Shown here in pieces: positions 48,671 to 60,718 of a stretch of 64,000 nucleotides of DNA. Below the pieces are notes generated by a model. That model had not been told where the DNA came from. It made no database searches and was given only the letters and a program-made list of their open reading frames with translations. Within the stretch, counting starts at the first letter, position 1, and each line of letters starts with the position of its first letter. Origin of the DNA: Candidatus Thermosaccharophagus tengchongensis (GTDB lineage: Bacteria; Armatimonadota; Fervidibacteria; Fervidibacterales; Thermosaccharophagaceae). Both the position numbers and the translations under genes were made by a program. The stretch lies in assembly GCA_032161105.1 (NCBI GenBank), contig JAVHTD010000002.1; one strand, 5' to 3'.

Positions 48671-50842
48671 ATGGTAGAAGTTGATTTTGATGGCAAGTTG
48701 CCGCTTGAAATGACGAGAAATATAGGCATAGTTGCCCACATAGATGCGGGTAAGACGACCACGACCGAGAGGATACTGTTTTACACTGGTCGTGTGCACC
48801 GAATTGGGGAGGTTGACGAAGGGACTGCCACGATGGACTGGATGCAGCAGGAGAAGGAACGAGGAATCACAATAACTTCCGCAGCTACGACTTGTTATTG
48901 GAGGAGAAAAATTGGCGCCGACGAGAAAATCTACCGAATTAACATAATTGACACGCCGGGGCATGTTGACTTCACGGCGGAGGTTGAAAGGTCACTAAGA
49001 GTTCTTGATGGAGCGATTGTGATTTTATGTGGGGTTGGGGGTGTGCAACCGCAAACTGAGACAGTCTGGAGGCAGGCAAACAAGTATAATGTTCCGAGAA
49101 TCGCCTATATAAACAAACTTGACAGAAATGGTGCCGACTTTCACTCAGTTGTGCATCAAATGCGGGAGCGATTGAAATGCAAGGCGATCCTCATTCAAAT
49201 CCCGATTGGGCAAGGGGAGGACTTTGAGGGTGTCATTGATCTCATTGAATATCGGGCAATTTACTGGGATGACGAACTTGGGACAGTTATGCGTTATGAG
49301 CCTATACCCGACAGCATAGAGCCGATTGCCGAGATCTTCAGGAAAGCTTTGGTGGAATGGGTTGTGGAAACCGACGATAAATTGCTCGAAAAATACCTCG
49401 AGGAGGGGACTATTTCCTCGGAGGACTTGCGTGCAGCTATAAGAAAACAAACGCTGCGTGGCGAGATTGTTCCCGTCCTCTGCGGGGCAAGTTTGAAAAA
49501 CAGAGGTGTGCAGCCGCTGCTTGACGCCATTGTTGATTTTCTCCCATCACCGCTTGACATAGGTTTTGTTGAGGGTATGAATCCGGAAAATGGGGAGAAA
49601 GTGAGGAGAAAACTGGCAGAAGATGAACCTCTATGCGCCTTGGCTTTTAAGATCCAAACTGACCCGTATGTTGGTCGGCTAACTTACACAAGGATTTATA
49701 GCGGTGTTCTAAGAAAAGGTGACACAATTAGCAACTTTTCACGGGGATGCAGGGAGCGAGTTGCACGGATATTGCGCATGCATGCCAATTATAGGGAGGA
49801 AATTGAGGAGTGCAGGGCTGGCGATATCGTTGCCCTTGTTGGATTGCGAAATACATACACGGGAGATACGCTTGGGGCACCGGAATGCCCAATTTTGCTT
49901 GAGCGCATTGAGTTTCCAGAGCCAGTCATATTTAGGGCTGTTGAACCGAAAACGAAAGCCGAGGAAGAAAAACTTATGCAGGCACTCTTAAAATTGGTCA
50001 ATGAAGATCCGACATTGAGGCTGAGATTTGACAAAGAAACTGGTCAAACCATATTGGCTGGCATGGGAGAGCTACACCTTGAAATAGCTGAGGACAGGCT
50101 TCGCAGGGAATTTGGTGTCGTTGCTCGCTTTGGTCAACCGCAGGTTGCATATCAGGAAACCGTGTTGAATTCCGCTATTGGCGAGGGCAAGTATATTCGC
50201 CAGACTGGAGGGCGTGGGCAATATGGACATGCAATCTTGCATGTCCAGCCTTTGGAGAGGGGTAAAGGGTTAGAGTTTGAAGTTGACATTAAAGGCGGGA
50301 TAATACCGGAAGTTTTCATACCGGCGATTGAGGCTGGAGTGCGGGAGGCTGCTGATAGAGGGGTGCTTGCTGGATATCCAGTTGTGGATGTTAAGATTAC
50401 TTTAATTGGCGGTTCATATCACGAGGTTGATTCTTCGGAATATGCCTTTAAGCTTGCGGCAATGGAAGCCTTCAAAAATGCGTGTAAAAGGGCCACTTTA
50501 ACCCTTTTGGAACCCATCATGAAGCTTGAAATTGTGACGCCGAAGGAATATGTGGGAGAAGTTCTTGCAGACTTAAATGCGAGGAGGGCATCTATCAGAG
50601 GGATGAGGGAAGGCGCGGGGGAGATTATCATCGTTGATGCCGAAGTTCCATTAGCAGAGGTTTTTGGATATGCAACTCAATTGCGCTCGCTAACTCAAGG
50701 TAGGGCATCTTACACAATGGAGCCAGAGCGCTATGCACCGGTGCCTCCAGAGGTGGTTAAGCAAATTGTTCTAAAGCGCGGCTATAGCACATTTGACATT
50801 CTTCCTCATATTGAGGGAAAAACCATTGGCACGCGGGTTTAA
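48671..50842 (+). CDS. fusA: Elongation factor G
   Basis: [33 protein letters not shown]. Confidence 0.97.
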   Translation: MVEVDFDGKLPLEMTRNIGIVAHIDAGKTTTTERILFYTGRVHRIGEVDEGTATMDWMQQEKERGITITSAATTCYWRRKIGADEKIYRINIIDTPGHVDFTAEVERSLRVLDGAIVILCGVGGVQPQTETVWRQANKYNVPRIAYINKLDRNGADFHSVVHQMRERLKCKAILIQIPIGQGEDFEGVIDLIEYRAIYWDDELGTVMRYEPIPDSIEPIAEIFRKALVEWVVETDDKLLEKYLEEGTISSEDLRAAIRKQTLRGEIVPVLCGASLKNRGVQPLLDAIVDFLPSPLDIGFVEGMNPENGEKVRRKLAEDEPLCALAFKIQTDPYVGRLTYTRIYSGVLRKGDTISNFSRGCRERVARILRMHANYREEIEECRAGDIVALVGLRNTYTGDTLGAPECPILLERIEFPEPVIFRAVEPKTKAEEEKLMQALLKLVNEDPTLRLRFDKETGQTILAGMGELHLEIAEDRLRREFGVVARFGQPQVAYQETVLNSAIGEGKYIRQTGGRGQYGHAILHVQPLERGKGLEFEVDIKGGIIPEVFIPAIEAGVREAADRGVLAGYPVVDVKITLIGGSYHEVDSSEYAFKLAAMEAFKNACKRATLTLLEPIMKLEIVTPKEYVGEVLADLNARRASIRGMREGAGEIIIVDAEVPLAEVFGYATQLRSLTQGRASYTMEPERYAPVPPEVVKQIVLKRGYSTFDILPHIEGKTIGTRV

Positions 50843-50859
50843 GGGGGTAAGCGTTTCAT

Positions 50860-51168
50860 ATGGCTGAGGAACGCATCCGAATTAAGTTGAAGGCATTTGA
50901 TCATAAGTTGGTGGATAAATCTGCACAGGATATTGCCAGAGTTGCCCGTGAAACTGGGGCTAAAGTGCGTGGTCCTATACCGCTCCCTACTGATAGAAAG
51001 GTTTGGTGTGTGATTAGGTCACCTTTCATTGACAAGGAATCAATGGAACATTTTGAAATGAGGATTCACAAGCGCTTGATTGACATCATTAACGCTACAG
51101 CCGAGACCATTGAGAGGTTGAGCAAACTTGATTTGCCAAGCGGAGTTGATATAGAAATCAAGCTGTAA
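50860..51168 (+). CDS. rpsJ: 30S ribosomal protein S10
   Basis: [24 protein letters not shown]. Confidence 0.98.
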   Translation: MAEERIRIKLKAFDHKLVDKSAQDIARVARETGAKVRGPIPLPTDRKVWCVIRSPFIDKESMEHFEMRIHKRLIDIINATAETIERLSKLDLPSGVDIEIKL

Positions 51169-51187
51169 ATTTTGGGGGTGTAAGGCG

Positions 51188-51811
51188 GTGATAAAGTCAA
51201 TAATCGGGAGAAAAGTTGGTATGACATCCATATTTACCGAAGATGGACAGCATATCCCGGTTACAGTTATTCAAGCCGGACCTTGTTATGTGGTTCAGCG
51301 AAAAGTTGTCCAAAAGGACGGGTATTCTGCGATTCAGCTCGGTTATTTGGCGATGCGCGAAAGAAAGGTGAATAAACCGTTACAAGGTCACTTCAAAAAA
51401 GCTGGATTGCCTCCAATGAAATTTTTGTGCGAGTTCCGTATACCAAATGAGGTAAATGTGGAAGTCGGGTCGGAAATAACGGTTAACTCGTTCAAGCCCG
51501 GCGATGTAGTGAAAGTTACGGGAACCTCAAAGGGTCGGGGATTTGCAGGTGTGATGAAGCGGTGGGGTATGAGTGGTCAAAGGGACTCACATGGTTCAAG
51601 GTATCATCGTCAACCAGCATCACTTGGACCGCAAGGTCCACAGCGAGTGTTCAAAGGGCATAAAATGCCGGGAAGATTTGGGGGAAAAACGGTGACTATC
51701 CGCGGGTTAACTGTTGTTGGTGTGGATCCTGAAAATCATCTTCTTCTCATAAAGGGTAGCGTTCCCGGATGGAAAGGGAGTTTGGTAAAAATTCAGGAAG
51801 ACAAGCCATAA
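51188..51811 (+). CDS. rplC: 50S ribosomal protein L3
   Basis: GRKVGMT, DGYSAIQLG, SKGRGFAG. Confidence 0.98.
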   Translation: MIKSIIGRKVGMTSIFTEDGQHIPVTVIQAGPCYVVQRKVVQKDGYSAIQLGYLAMRERKVNKPLQGHFKKAGLPPMKFLCEFRIPNEVNVEVGSEITVNSFKPGDVVKVTGTSKGRGFAGVMKRWGMSGQRDSHGSRYHRQPASLGPQGPQRVFKGHKMPGRFGGKTVTIRGLTVVGVDPENHLLLIKGSVPGWKGSLVKIQEDKP

Positions 51812-51827
51812 AAGACAGGTGATTGGC

Positions 51828-52457
51828 ATGGACATTCCGGTATACAATCTTGAAGGAGAGCAAGTTGGGATTTATACTATTCCTGACGAGCTGCTATCCG
51901 TCAAGATTAACAAATCTCTTGTGCACCAAGTTGTTATCTCATATCTTGCTAACATGAGGCAAGGGACACATTCAACAAAAACTCGCAAAGAAGTTAGAGG
52001 TGGGGGCAGAAAACCATGGCCGCAAAAGGGAACGGGTAGAGCAAGGCAAGGGTCTATAAGAGCCCCTCAATGGCGTGGTGGTGGCAAAGTGCATACTCCT
52101 AAGCCGCTTGATTGGGATGTAAAGATAAACAAAAACATGCGAAAGCAGGCAATAAAAATGGCGTGGATTGACAAAATAAGAAGTAACGATATAGTTTTGT
52201 TGAGCGAACTTGATTTTGAAAAGCCGAAAACAAAGCAGATGTATCGGTTGCTAAAGGCGCTTGGTTTGAGCGACAACAAAGTCCTACTTTTGATGAGGGA
52301 ATTTAACCAAAATGTTTTCCTATCGGCAAGAAACCTGCCCAATGTATTTATGCTTCCATATTATCAACCATCAGCATACGATTTGATAAATGCGCAGAAA
52401 ATTTTAACAACTTGCGATGTAATGGATAGGATAGTAAAGGAGAGGATTGCATCATGA
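51828..52457 (+). CDS. rplD: 50S ribosomal protein L4
   Basis: RQGTHSTKTR, KPWPQKGTGRARQGS. Confidence 0.98.
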   Translation: MDIPVYNLEGEQVGIYTIPDELLSVKINKSLVHQVVISYLANMRQGTHSTKTRKEVRGGGRKPWPQKGTGRARQGSIRAPQWRGGGKVHTPKPLDWDVKINKNMRKQAIKMAWIDKIRSNDIVLLSELDFEKPKTKQMYRLLKALGLSDNKVLLLMREFNQNVFLSARNLPNVFMLPYYQPSAYDLINAQKILTTCDVMDRIVKERIAS

Positions 52458-52756
52458 CAAGCATCCGGCGAGATCCATCAAATGTAGTGATACAGCCAAT
52501 ATTGACGGAAAAAAGTGCAAAGCTGGCAGCTGAGTTAAATCAGTATACATTTAAAGTGCGCTTAGATGCTACAAAGCCAGAAATTAGGCAAGCTATTGAA
52601 AAGTTATTTAATGTTGATGTTGAGTGGGTCAACACCATGATTGTAAAGGGGAAACCGCGCGGGATGAGATGGCTCAACCGAGGCAGAACATCAAGATGGA
52701 AGAAAGCGATCGTTAAGGTTAAAGAAGGGCAGAAAATAGGCATATTTGAGGTATGA
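52454..52756 (+). CDS. rplW: 50S ribosomal protein L23
   Basis: [20 protein letters not shown]. Confidence 0.97.
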   Translation: MTSIRRDPSNVVIQPILTEKSAKLAAELNQYTFKVRLDATKPEIRQAIEKLFNVDVEWVNTMIVKGKPRGMRWLNRGRTSRWKKAIVKVKEGQKIGIFEV

Positions 52757-52766
52757 GGTGAGGATC

Positions 52767-53630
52767 ATGCCGATAAGGCTGAAAAAACCGATCACGCCTG
52801 GACAAAGATTTATGACTGTTTCAACATTTGAAGAGATAACAAAGGATGAGCCAGAAAAATCATTGACTGAAATACTCAAGAAGCACAGTGGGCGAAATAA
52901 TCAGGGTAAAGTTACTGTCCGATTCAGAGGCGGTGGGAATAAGAGATTTTACCGCATAGTTGACTTTAAACGAGATAAGGACGGAATCCCGGCAAAAGTT
53001 ATAGCGATTGAGTATGACCCGAACAGATCGGCGAGGCTTGCATTGCTCAGATATGCTGATGGAGAAAAACGGTATATACTGTGGCCAGAAGGGGTGAAAG
53101 TGGGGGATATTTTAATGTCCGGGGAAGATGCGGAAATAAAGCCGGGGAATGCCCTACCGCTTGAGAAAATTCCGGATGGAACCTTTATTCACAACATAGA
53201 ACTTGAGCCGGGTAAAGGCGGACAGCTTGTCAGGGCTGCTGGAACCGCTGCTCAGCTTATGGCGAAGGAAGGGAAATATGCTCATATCAAACTGCCCTCT
53301 GGAGAAGTTCGGTTGATTAATGTGAAGTGCAAAGCAACAATAGGTAGAGTTGGCAATGTTGATCATGAATTGATAGTGATTGGAAAGGCTGGGCGGGCGA
53401 GACATATGGGATGGAGACCACATGTTCGAGGAAAAGCAATGAATGTTGATGATCATCCGCATGGAGGTGGCGAGGGAAAGGCACCAATAGGCATGGATGC
53501 ACCGAAATCGCCTTGGGGTTGGAAAACCCTTGGGGTCAAAACGAGAAAGGAGCGAAAACCGTCCAGTAAGTTCATAGTAAAGCGCAGAAGGGTTGGGTAT
53601 GGAGATAGAAGATTGAAAGAGCAAAGGTAA
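52767..53630 (+). CDS. rplB: 50S ribosomal protein L2
   Basis: [23 protein letters not shown]. Confidence 0.98.
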   Translation: MPIRLKKPITPGQRFMTVSTFEEITKDEPEKSLTEILKKHSGRNNQGKVTVRFRGGGNKRFYRIVDFKRDKDGIPAKVIAIEYDPNRSARLALLRYADGEKRYILWPEGVKVGDILMSGEDAEIKPGNALPLEKIPDGTFIHNIELEPGKGGQLVRAAGTAAQLMAKEGKYAHIKLPSGEVRLINVKCKATIGRVGNVDHELIVIGKAGRARHMGWRPHVRGKAMNVDDHPHGGGEGKAPIGMDAPKSPWGWKTLGVKTRKERKPSSKFIVKRRRVGYGDRRLKEQR

Positions 53631-53647
53631 CTGCTGGGGGGATCATC

Positions 53648-53932
53648 ATGGGGCGTTCATTGAAAAAGGGTCCATATTGTGACCCTAAATTGCTCAAAAA
53701 AATAAGGGAAATGAACCAAACTGGCGAAAAGCGCGTCATAAAGACTTGGTCGCGGCGTTCCACGATCTTTCCCGAAATGGTTGGACACACGATTGCTGTT
53801 TATGATGGTAGGAGACACATTCCCGTATACATTACTGAAGCCATGGTTGGGCATAAACTTGGAGAATTTGCCCCAACAAGAGGGCATAGAAAGCATGGTG
53901 AGCCAACCGAACGCTCAACAGCGTTGAAATAG
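53648..53932 (+). CDS. rpsS: 30S ribosomal protein S19
   Basis: [25 protein letters not shown]. Confidence 0.98.
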   Translation: MGRSLKKGPYCDPKLLKKIREMNQTGEKRVIKTWSRRSTIFPEMVGHTIAVYDGRRHIPVYITEAMVGHKLGEFAPTRGHRKHGEPTERSTALK

Positions 53933-53962
53933 CCCATAAGGTGTGGAAAGAGGGATTGAACT

Positions 53963-54304
53963 ATGGAAGTTAGAAGCGTTGGACGATATATAAGAGTTTC
54001 GCCAAGGAAAGCCAGAAGAGTAGCGTGCTTAGTCAAGGGAAAGCGGGTTGATGAGGCGTTAAACATTCTCTTAACAATTCCATCAAAGCCTGCAAGGTAT
54101 ATTCATAAGCTCCTCAAGTGTGCCGTAGGAAATGCTGAAAATGACTACGAACTGGATAGGGAAAGCCTGTATGTGAAGAATGTAATTGTTGACCAAGGTC
54201 CAATGCTGAAAAGGTGGATACCGAGGGCTCGCGGCAGGGCGGACATGATTCGCAAGCGCACAAGTCATATAACTGTCATAATTCAATCCATTGGTGAAGA
54301 TTAG
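53963..54304 (+). CDS. rplV: 50S ribosomal protein L22
   Basis: SPRKAR, PRARGRA, RTSHIT. Confidence 0.98.
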   Translation: MEVRSVGRYIRVSPRKARRVACLVKGKRVDEALNILLTIPSKPARYIHKLLKCAVGNAENDYELDRESLYVKNVIVDQGPMLKRWIPRARGRADMIRKRTSHITVIIQSIGED

Positions 54305-54318
54305 CGGGGGGTAATGTG

Positions 54319-55062
54319 ATGGGGCAAAAAGTCAACCCAATAGGGCTAAGAATAGGCGTAAATAAGGAATGGCTAAGTAAGTGGTTTGCTGATAAACAAT
54401 ATCAAGAATATTTGCAAGAAGATTTAAAAATCCGAAATCACATTAAGAAAAAGTTAAAGGATGCTGGCATCCCAAGGATTGAAATTGAGCGAAAATCAAG
54501 GCTTGTCATCGTAACAATTTATGCTGCCCGACCGGGGATGGTTATTGGACATAGGGGGAGAGGAGTTGAGGAGTTGAAAAAAGAGCTTGAGGAGATGACG
54601 GGGCGTGAGATGCATATAACCGTCAAAGAGGTGGAGAACCCGGAGCTTGAAGCTCAACTTGTTGCGGAAAATATAGCTCAACAGATTGAGAGGCGCGTCT
54701 CGTGGCGTAGAGCAATGCGCCAGGCGATATTGAGGTCCATGAGCGCTGGTGCACAAGGCATAAAGGTGATTGTCAGTGGGAGACTTGGTGGAGCCGAACT
54801 TGCACGGGACGAAAGCTTGATGGATGGAAAAGTTCCGCTGCACACATTGAGAGCGGATATTGACTATGGCTTTAGTGAGGCGAAAACAAAATATGGCATG
54901 ATAGGGGTGCATGTGTGGATTTATCGCGGTGATATCATAGAAAAAGCTGAGGAACGCTTGGTGCTTGCGGCGAGGGCTGGGAAGCCAATAGCGCCCAGAC
55001 TCCTCGTCGCAGCCACTGAACTTGAGGAGGAGGCAGAAGATGTTACAGCCGAGGAGGCGTAA
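54319..55062 (+). CDS. rpsC: 30S ribosomal protein S3
   Basis: [28 protein letters not shown]. Confidence 0.98.
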   Translation: MGQKVNPIGLRIGVNKEWLSKWFADKQYQEYLQEDLKIRNHIKKKLKDAGIPRIEIERKSRLVIVTIYAARPGMVIGHRGRGVEELKKELEEMTGREMHITVKEVENPELEAQLVAENIAQQIERRVSWRRAMRQAILRSMSAGAQGIKVIVSGRLGGAELARDESLMDGKVPLHTLRADIDYGFSEAKTKYGMIGVHVWIYRGDIIEKAEERLVLAARAGKPIAPRLLVAATELEEEAEDVTAEEA

Positions 55063-55462
55063 ATATCGCAAGGAACAACGCGGGGCATGTAGAGGGAAAG
55101 CCACAAGGACAAACACGATCGTAAATGGTGAATTTGCCATTCAAGCGCTCGAGCCGGGCTGGGTTACGGCTCGGCAGATAGAGGCTGCGAGGGTGGCAAT
55201 TGCTAACTATGTTCGCAGGGAGGCAAAAGTGTGGATTCGTATTTTCCCATATAAACCTGTGACAAAAAAGCCATTAGAAAGCCGAATGGGTGGCGGCAAG
55301 GGCGACCCGGAGGAGTATGTGGCTGTTGTTAAGCGCGGCACTGTGTTGTTTGAGATTGGGGGAATTAGTGCCGATGTAGCCGTGGAAGCTCTGAGGAGAG
55401 CCTCGCATAAGTTGCCGATAAAAACCCGTATTATTTCGAGAGAGGTGCTTCCGCATGCCTGA
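55040..55462 (+). CDS. rplP: 50S ribosomal protein L16
   Basis: [24 protein letters not shown]. Confidence 0.98.
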   Translation: MLQPRRRKYRKEQRGACRGKATRTNTIVNGEFAIQALEPGWVTARQIEAARVAIANYVRREAKVWIRIFPYKPVTKKPLESRMGGGKGDPEEYVAVVKRGTVLFEIGGISADVAVEALRRASHKLPIKTRIISREVLPHA

Positions 55463-55676
55463 AGAGAAGCGCCGAGAACAGTTGCAGAATCTTAGACAGC
55501 TTTCCCTTAACGAGCTTTTGAAAGAGCTTGAGGAAACCAGAAAAGAGTTGTTTATGACAAGAGCTCAAGTTGCAACTTTCAGCCAAACTAATGTCGCTCG
55601 AATCAGAATGCTAAAGCGAAAGGTGGCACGCATTCTTACAATTTTGAGGGAAAGGGAATTGCTCGGAATTGAGTAG
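55455..55676 (+). CDS. rpmC: 50S ribosomal protein L29
   Basis: RKELF...ARILTILRE; position in operon. Confidence 0.95.
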   Translation: MPEEKRREQLQNLRQLSLNELLKELEETRKELFMTRAQVATFSQTNVARIRMLKRKVARILTILRERELLGIE

Positions 55677-55728
55677 GACTCCCCAAAAGTTAAGGATAAC
55701 TTATCCAAGTTGGGAGGAGGAGAAACTG

Positions 55729-56091
55729 ATGGAAATTGAGCGAGGAAAGAGGAAGAAGCGAATTGGTGTGGTTGTAAGCGATAAAATGGACAAAACGGTC
55801 GTTATAATGGTAGAAAGGCTCGTGAGGCATCCTTTGTATAAAAAAGTTTTGCGCAGGCGGAAAAAATATTATGCTCACGATGAAAACAATGAGTGCCGCA
55901 TCGGGGATGTCGTGGAAATTATGGAAACAAGACCTTTAAGCAAGCTGAAAAGGTGGCGTGTAGTTCGCATAATTGAGAGGGCAAAGGTGGCTGCACCGAT
56001 GCCTGCATATGAAGCTAAAGAGGTTGAGGAAGTGGCAGTAACACCACCGGAGCTTTTGGAAGAGCAAAAACTTGAAACTCAGGAGGGGTGA
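55729..56091 (+). CDS. rpsQ: 30S ribosomal protein S17 with acidic C-terminal tail
   Basis: [35 protein letters not shown]. Confidence 0.97.
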   Translation: MEIERGKRKKRIGVVVSDKMDKTVVIMVERLVRHPLYKKVLRRRKKYYAHDENNECRIGDVVEIMETRPLSKLKRWRVVRIIERAKVAAPMPAYEAKEVEEVAVTPPELLEEQKLETQEG

Positions 56092-56098
56092 GAGTTTT

Positions 56099-58183
56099 AT
56101 GGATCTGATAGAGCCTGAAGCGATTAGGAATGTGGCTTTAATTGGTCAAGGTGGGTCTGGAAAAACTTCTTTGGCGGATGCCATTTTATGGGTTACTAAC
56201 ATGGTTGACAGGCAGGGAAAAGTGGAGAGGGGGACGAGCGTTTTTGATTATGAAGAGGATGAAAAGCAAAGGCAGCACAGTATAAATCTCGCCATTGGAC
56301 ATTGCAATTGGCGTGGGCATTTGATTAACATAATTGACACTCCAGGTGGAATTGATTTTGTCGGAGATGCATATGCAGCCTTGCGCGCTGTAGATGGGGT
56401 AGTTCTCGTCTTGGATGCCGGAGAGGGGCTTGAATTTCAAGCGGAGAAATTGTGGGCGAAGGCGGGTGAATATGGACTTACAAGGTTAATCTTTATGACA
56501 AAGCTGGACAGCGATAAAGCCGATTTTGAGAATCTTTTGTCCCAAGCCGGCGAAAAGCTTGCAACCAAGATTGTCCCTCTAACTTTGCCGCTCGGTGAGC
56601 GATCCGAGCACAGGGGTGTTATTGATGTTATATCTCAAAAAGCGTTTACATTTACGGAGAGGGGCGAACCGTTAGAATGCGAAATTCCGGGAGATATGTC
56701 GGAAAAGCTGGCGAAGTATTGGGAGGAAGTTGTTGAAGTTGCTGCGGAAAGTAATGACGAGTTACTTGAGAAATATGTTGAAGGGCATGAATTGACGAAG
56801 GCGGAAATTATGCAAGGTTTCACAAGAGCTGTGATGTCTGGGGCAGCATCACCAGTTTTATGCGGCTCGGGTGCCAAATGCACTGGGATTCCGTTCCTTC
56901 TCGATTCCATCATCAACTTTATCCCTTCCCCTGTTCAGCGTCCATCAATTGAGGCTAAGACGCCCGGGGATGGGAAGGTGGTTAACATAATTCCCGACCC
57001 AAATAAGCCTCTTGCAGCTTTGGTTTTCAAAACGGTGACTGACCCTTATGTTGGGCGCATCAATTACTTTCGCGTATTTTCCGGGACAATATCGTCAGAT
57101 TCTGTCGTGTTTAATGCTAACGAAGGAAGGCGTGAGCGTGTGGGGCAACTCTTTGTTCCTCAGGGTAAAAGCATTGAGTCAATAGGGGTGGCTTGCACAG
57201 GGCAAATAGCAGCAGTTACTAAGTTGGAAGTTACACGAACAGGTCACACGCTTTGTGACGAATCTCATGCGGTGTTGCTACCACCGATAGAGTTCCCAAC
57301 TCCTGTAATGGAACTGGCAGTTCATCCCAAAACAAGGGGTGATGAAGACAAGCTCCTCAGCGGTTTGCAAAGGTTGCAAGAGGAAGACGGGGCATTTAAG
57401 TGGTTCAGGAATAACGAAACTGGCGAGACGATAATTGCCGGTTTGGGAGACTTACATCTTGAAGTTGCAGTTGAGCGCTTAAGGCGGAAGTTTGGCGCTA
57501 ATGTTGAGGTCGTTTTGCCAAAGATACCGTATAAAGAGACCATCCGGAAGAAGGGGAGAGGTGAAGGAAGATATATCCGTCAGACTGGTGGCAGAGGGCA
57601 ATACGGCGTAGTGTGGCTTGAGGTTGAGCCACTTGAGCGCGGAGAAGGGTTTGAGTTCGTTGATGCCATAGTTGGCGGTGTGATACCGAGTAAGTTCATC
57701 CCATCGGTTGAAAAGGGCGTCGTTGAGGCTATGCAGCATGGAGTTCTCGCCGGTTATCCAGTTGTGGATGTGAAAGTTACATTGTTTGATGGCAAGCATC
57801 ATGAAGTTGATTCGTCCGACATAGCTTTCAAAAATGCCGGAGCTATCGCATTTCGCAATGTGATATCACAATGTGATCCTTACCTGCTTGAACCAATCAT
57901 GGAAGTTGAGATAATAGTGCCAGAGGAGAATATGGGCGATATAATTGGAGATTTAAACGGGAAAAGGGGGAGAATACTTGGGATAGAATCCATAGACGGA
58001 ATGCAGAAAATACACGCTTTGGTTCCACTCGCCGAAATGCAGAGGTATGCAACCACTCTGAGATCGCTGACCAGAGGGCGCGGGCAATATTCAATGAAGT
58101 TCTCACACTATGAAGAAGTTCCTCCACACATTGCTGAGAGGATAATTGAAGAGGCGAGGAGAAAAGCAAGTGAGCAGAAGTAG
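56099..58183 (+). CDS. Elongation factor G-like paralog (EF-G2/FusA2)
   Basis: EF-G domain layout with altered G motifs: [26 protein letters not shown]. Confidence 0.92.
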   Translation: MDLIEPEAIRNVALIGQGGSGKTSLADAILWVTNMVDRQGKVERGTSVFDYEEDEKQRQHSINLAIGHCNWRGHLINIIDTPGGIDFVGDAYAALRAVDGVVLVLDAGEGLEFQAEKLWAKAGEYGLTRLIFMTKLDSDKADFENLLSQAGEKLATKIVPLTLPLGERSEHRGVIDVISQKAFTFTERGEPLECEIPGDMSEKLAKYWEEVVEVAAESNDELLEKYVEGHELTKAEIMQGFTRAVMSGAASPVLCGSGAKCTGIPFLLDSIINFIPSPVQRPSIEAKTPGDGKVVNIIPDPNKPLAALVFKTVTDPYVGRINYFRVFSGTISSDSVVFNANEGRRERVGQLFVPQGKSIESIGVACTGQIAAVTKLEVTRTGHTLCDESHAVLLPPIEFPTPVMELAVHPKTRGDEDKLLSGLQRLQEEDGAFKWFRNNETGETIIAGLGDLHLEVAVERLRRKFGANVEVVLPKIPYKETIRKKGRGEGRYIRQTGGRGQYGVVWLEVEPLERGEGFEFVDAIVGGVIPSKFIPSVEKGVVEAMQHGVLAGYPVVDVKVTLFDGKHHEVDSSDIAFKNAGAIAFRNVISQCDPYLLEPIMEVEIIVPEENMGDIIGDLNGKRGRILGIESIDGMQKIHALVPLAEMQRYATTLRSLTRGRGQYSMKFSHYEEVPPHIAERIIEEARRKASEQK

Positions 58184-58206
58184 CAAAAGTAAAGGGGTTG
58201 AGTGGT

Positions 58207-58575
58207 ATGATAATGCCGCAGACAAGGCTAAAAGTTGCCGATAACTCTGGAGCAAGAGAGATTATGTGCATTAGAGTTTTGAGGGGCAGAAGTGCAAGAT
58301 ACGGTAACATAGGTGATGTCATTGTTGCCTCAGTTAAAGATGCCGTCCCCGGTGCAGCGGTTTCTCAAGGGGATGTTGTGAAAGCCGTGATTGTGAGAAC
58401 CAAGTATGGAATTAGGCGCCCAGATGGCTCATACTTGCGATTTGACGAAAATGCAGCTGTTATAATAGACCACCAGAATAACCCGATTGGAACAAGGGTG
58501 TTTGGGCCTGTTGCAAGGGAGTTGAGGGATAAACAGTTTCTCAAAATAGTCTCGCTTGCGCCAGAAGTCGTATGA
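58207..58575 (+). CDS. rplN: 50S ribosomal protein L14
   Basis: [25 protein letters not shown]. Confidence 0.98.
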   Translation: MIMPQTRLKVADNSGAREIMCIRVLRGRSARYGNIGDVIVASVKDAVPGAAVSQGDVVKAVIVRTKYGIRRPDGSYLRFDENAAVIIDHQNNPIGTRVFGPVARELRDKQFLKIVSLAPEVV

Positions 58576-58585
58576 GGTGAGTGGA

Positions 58586-58918
58586 ATGCCAAGTATGGGG
58601 ATAAAAACCGGTGATACAGTAATTGTAATTTCAGGTGTTGACAAAGGCAAGAGAGGAAGAGTAATAAAGGCGATGCCAAGAGAGGGTAAAGTGGTTGTTG
58701 AGGGTGTCAATTTGAGGTGGAAACATCAGCGCTTTCAGAGGACAAGGACTTTGCAAGTTCAAAGTGGGAGAATACAGATCCCTATGCCAATACCGAGAAG
58801 CAAAGTCATGCTCGTCTGTCCGCATTGTGACCGTCCAACTCGCATCAGAAAAGTTTTCACTGCTGATGGGAGAAAGGTTAGGGCGTGCAAAAAATGCAGC
58901 GAATTGATTGATGAATGA
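58586..58918 (+). CDS. rplX: 50S ribosomal protein L24 (zinc-ribbon type)
   Basis: GDTVIVISGVDKGK, VEGVN, CPHC...CKKC. Confidence 0.97.
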   Translation: MPSMGIKTGDTVIVISGVDKGKRGRVIKAMPREGKVVVEGVNLRWKHQRFQRTRTLQVQSGRIQIPMPIPRSKVMLVCPHCDRPTRIRKVFTADGRKVRACKKCSELIDE

Positions 58919-58932
58919 CAGGGTGAGCGGAG

Positions 58933-59496
58933 ATGGCGGAAGAGTATAAGCCAAGATTGAAGGAAAAATGGGAAAAAGAGGTTGTGCCCCTCTTGATGAA
59001 GCAATTTGGCTATAAAAATATCATGCAGGTTCCAAAGCCGATCAAGGTGACAATCAATGTTGGCGTTGGTGATGCTAAAGATGATGCAAAGTATTTGGAT
59101 TCCACGATGAAGGAATTGGCGATGATAACTGGGCAAAAGCCAGCATTAAGAAGGGCTAAACGGTCAATTGCCGGATTTAAGTTAAGAAAGGGTCAACCAG
59201 TCGGCTGTGTTGTGACACTGAGACGAGCCAGAATGTGGGAGTTCCTTGACAGACTAATCAATGCAGCTTTGCCAAGAATTCGGGATTTTAAGGGTTTGCC
59301 TCAGGATGCCTTTGATGGGCATGGCAACTATAACTTGGGAGTTGAAGAGCAATTGATTTTCCCCGAACTTAGTTATGACGATATTGCGAAAGTGAGAGGC
59401 ATGAATATCACTATAGTCACAAGCGCAAAGACAGATGAGGAAGCGTTAGCGCTATTGAAAGCCCTTGGTATGCCATTCCGAAATGGAGGAAGGTGA
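58933..59496 (+). CDS. rplE: 50S ribosomal protein L5
   Basis: ITGQKP, FKLRKG, LPRIRDF, IFPE. Confidence 0.98.
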   Translation: MAEEYKPRLKEKWEKEVVPLLMKQFGYKNIMQVPKPIKVTINVGVGDAKDDAKYLDSTMKELAMITGQKPALRRAKRSIAGFKLRKGQPVGCVVTLRRARMWEFLDRLINAALPRIRDFKGLPQDAFDGHGNYNLGVEEQLIFPELSYDDIAKVRGMNITIVTSAKTDEEALALLKALGMPFRNGGR

Positions 59497-59500
59497 TAAG

Positions 59501-59686
59501 ATGCCCAGGAAAGCACTGATTGTCAAGGCGCAAAAAGAGCCAAAATTTAAGGTGAGAAAGGTCAACCGTTGCCAAAGATGTGGGCGTGCGAGGGCTTATT
59601 TTCGCAAGTTTGGGCTCTGTAGAATATGCCTTCGGCAGCTGGCAAGTCAAGGTTTGATACCGGGAGTTAAGAAGGCAAGTTGGTAG
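59501..59686 (+). CDS. rpsN: 30S ribosomal protein S14, zinc-binding (type Z)
   Basis: RCQRCGR...LCRICLR...KASW. Confidence 0.97.
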   Translation: MPRKALIVKAQKEPKFKVRKVNRCQRCGRARAYFRKFGLCRICLRQLASQGLIPGVKKASW

Positions 59687-59712
59687 GAACGAAAGTGGGG
59701 TGAATCTATGAA

Positions 59713-60111
59713 ATGCCAGTTACTGATCCAATTGCTGACATGTTAATTCAAATTAAAAATGCAGCACAAGCAAAACTTAATAGGGTGCGGATACCTGCAT
59801 CAAATGTTAAACGAGAAATTGCCAGAGTTTTGAAGGAGAACGGATATATTTCGGATTACAAACTTGTCCGAGGCAGGAAACAGGGGATCTTGATCATATA
59901 CCTCCGTTACATTAACGGGAAAAAACCCGTTATAACTGGGGTTAAAAGGGTGAGCAAACCTGGCAGGCGAATTTATGTTAAGGCAAGCGAGATACCGAGG
60001 GTGCAGGATGGCTTTGGCATTGCTATACTTTCGACTTCACAGGGGATAATGTCTGACATTGAGGCGAGAAAGAAGAAAATTGGTGGGGAAGTTTTGGCGT
60101 ATGTATGGTGA
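59713..60111 (+). CDS. rpsH: 30S ribosomal protein S8
   Basis: TDPIADML, SKPGRRIY, GGEVL. Confidence 0.98.
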   Translation: MPVTDPIADMLIQIKNAAQAKLNRVRIPASNVKREIARVLKENGYISDYKLVRGRKQGILIIYLRYINGKKPVITGVKRVSKPGRRIYVKASEIPRVQDGFGIAILSTSQGIMSDIEARKKKIGGEVLAYVW

Positions 60112-60126
60112 CCGGGAGGGGTAAAA

Positions 60127-60702
60127 ATGTCAAGAATTGGGAGAAAACCGATAATAATACCGGATGGGGTAAAAGTGCAGGTGAATGGAAGCACAGTAAT
60201 TGTTGAAGGTCCGAAGGGAAAGCTTGAGCAAAGTTTTCATCCAGACATGATAATTCGCAAGGATAATGGTCAAATAATTGTAGAGCGACCTTCTGACAAC
60301 CGTTTTCATAGATCGCTACACGGCTTGACAAGAACTTTGATAGCTAACATGGTTGAGGGGGTAACACAGGGTTTCCAAAAGGTGCTTGAGGTCAGAGGTA
60401 TGGGCTATAGGGCTGAATTAATTGGACCAAATAAATTGAGATTGCACCTCGGTTTTTCGCATCCCGTTCATTTTGAGGCTCCGGATGGAATAACTTTTGA
60501 AGTGGAATCCTTCACCCCAACACAACAAAATCAATACCTTGCAGCCAAAATAACTGTGAAAGGTATTGATAAACAGCTTGTAGGTGATGTTGCGGCAAGA
60601 ATAAGAATGCTGAGGAAGGTTGAGCCATATAAAGGTAAAGGTATAAGATATGCTGATGAATTTGTTCGCTTAAAGCCAGGTAAGCAGGTAAAAAGTAAGT
60701 AA
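60127..60702 (+). CDS. rplF: 50S ribosomal protein L6
   Basis: [26 protein letters not shown]. Confidence 0.98.
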   Translation: MSRIGRKPIIIPDGVKVQVNGSTVIVEGPKGKLEQSFHPDMIIRKDNGQIIVERPSDNRFHRSLHGLTRTLIANMVEGVTQGFQKVLEVRGMGYRAELIGPNKLRLHLGFSHPVHFEAPDGITFEVESFTPTQQNQYLAAKITVKGIDKQLVGDVAARIRMLRKVEPYKGKGIRYADEFVRLKPGKQVKSK

Positions 60703-60718
60703 TGAGGTGCTAAGAATT

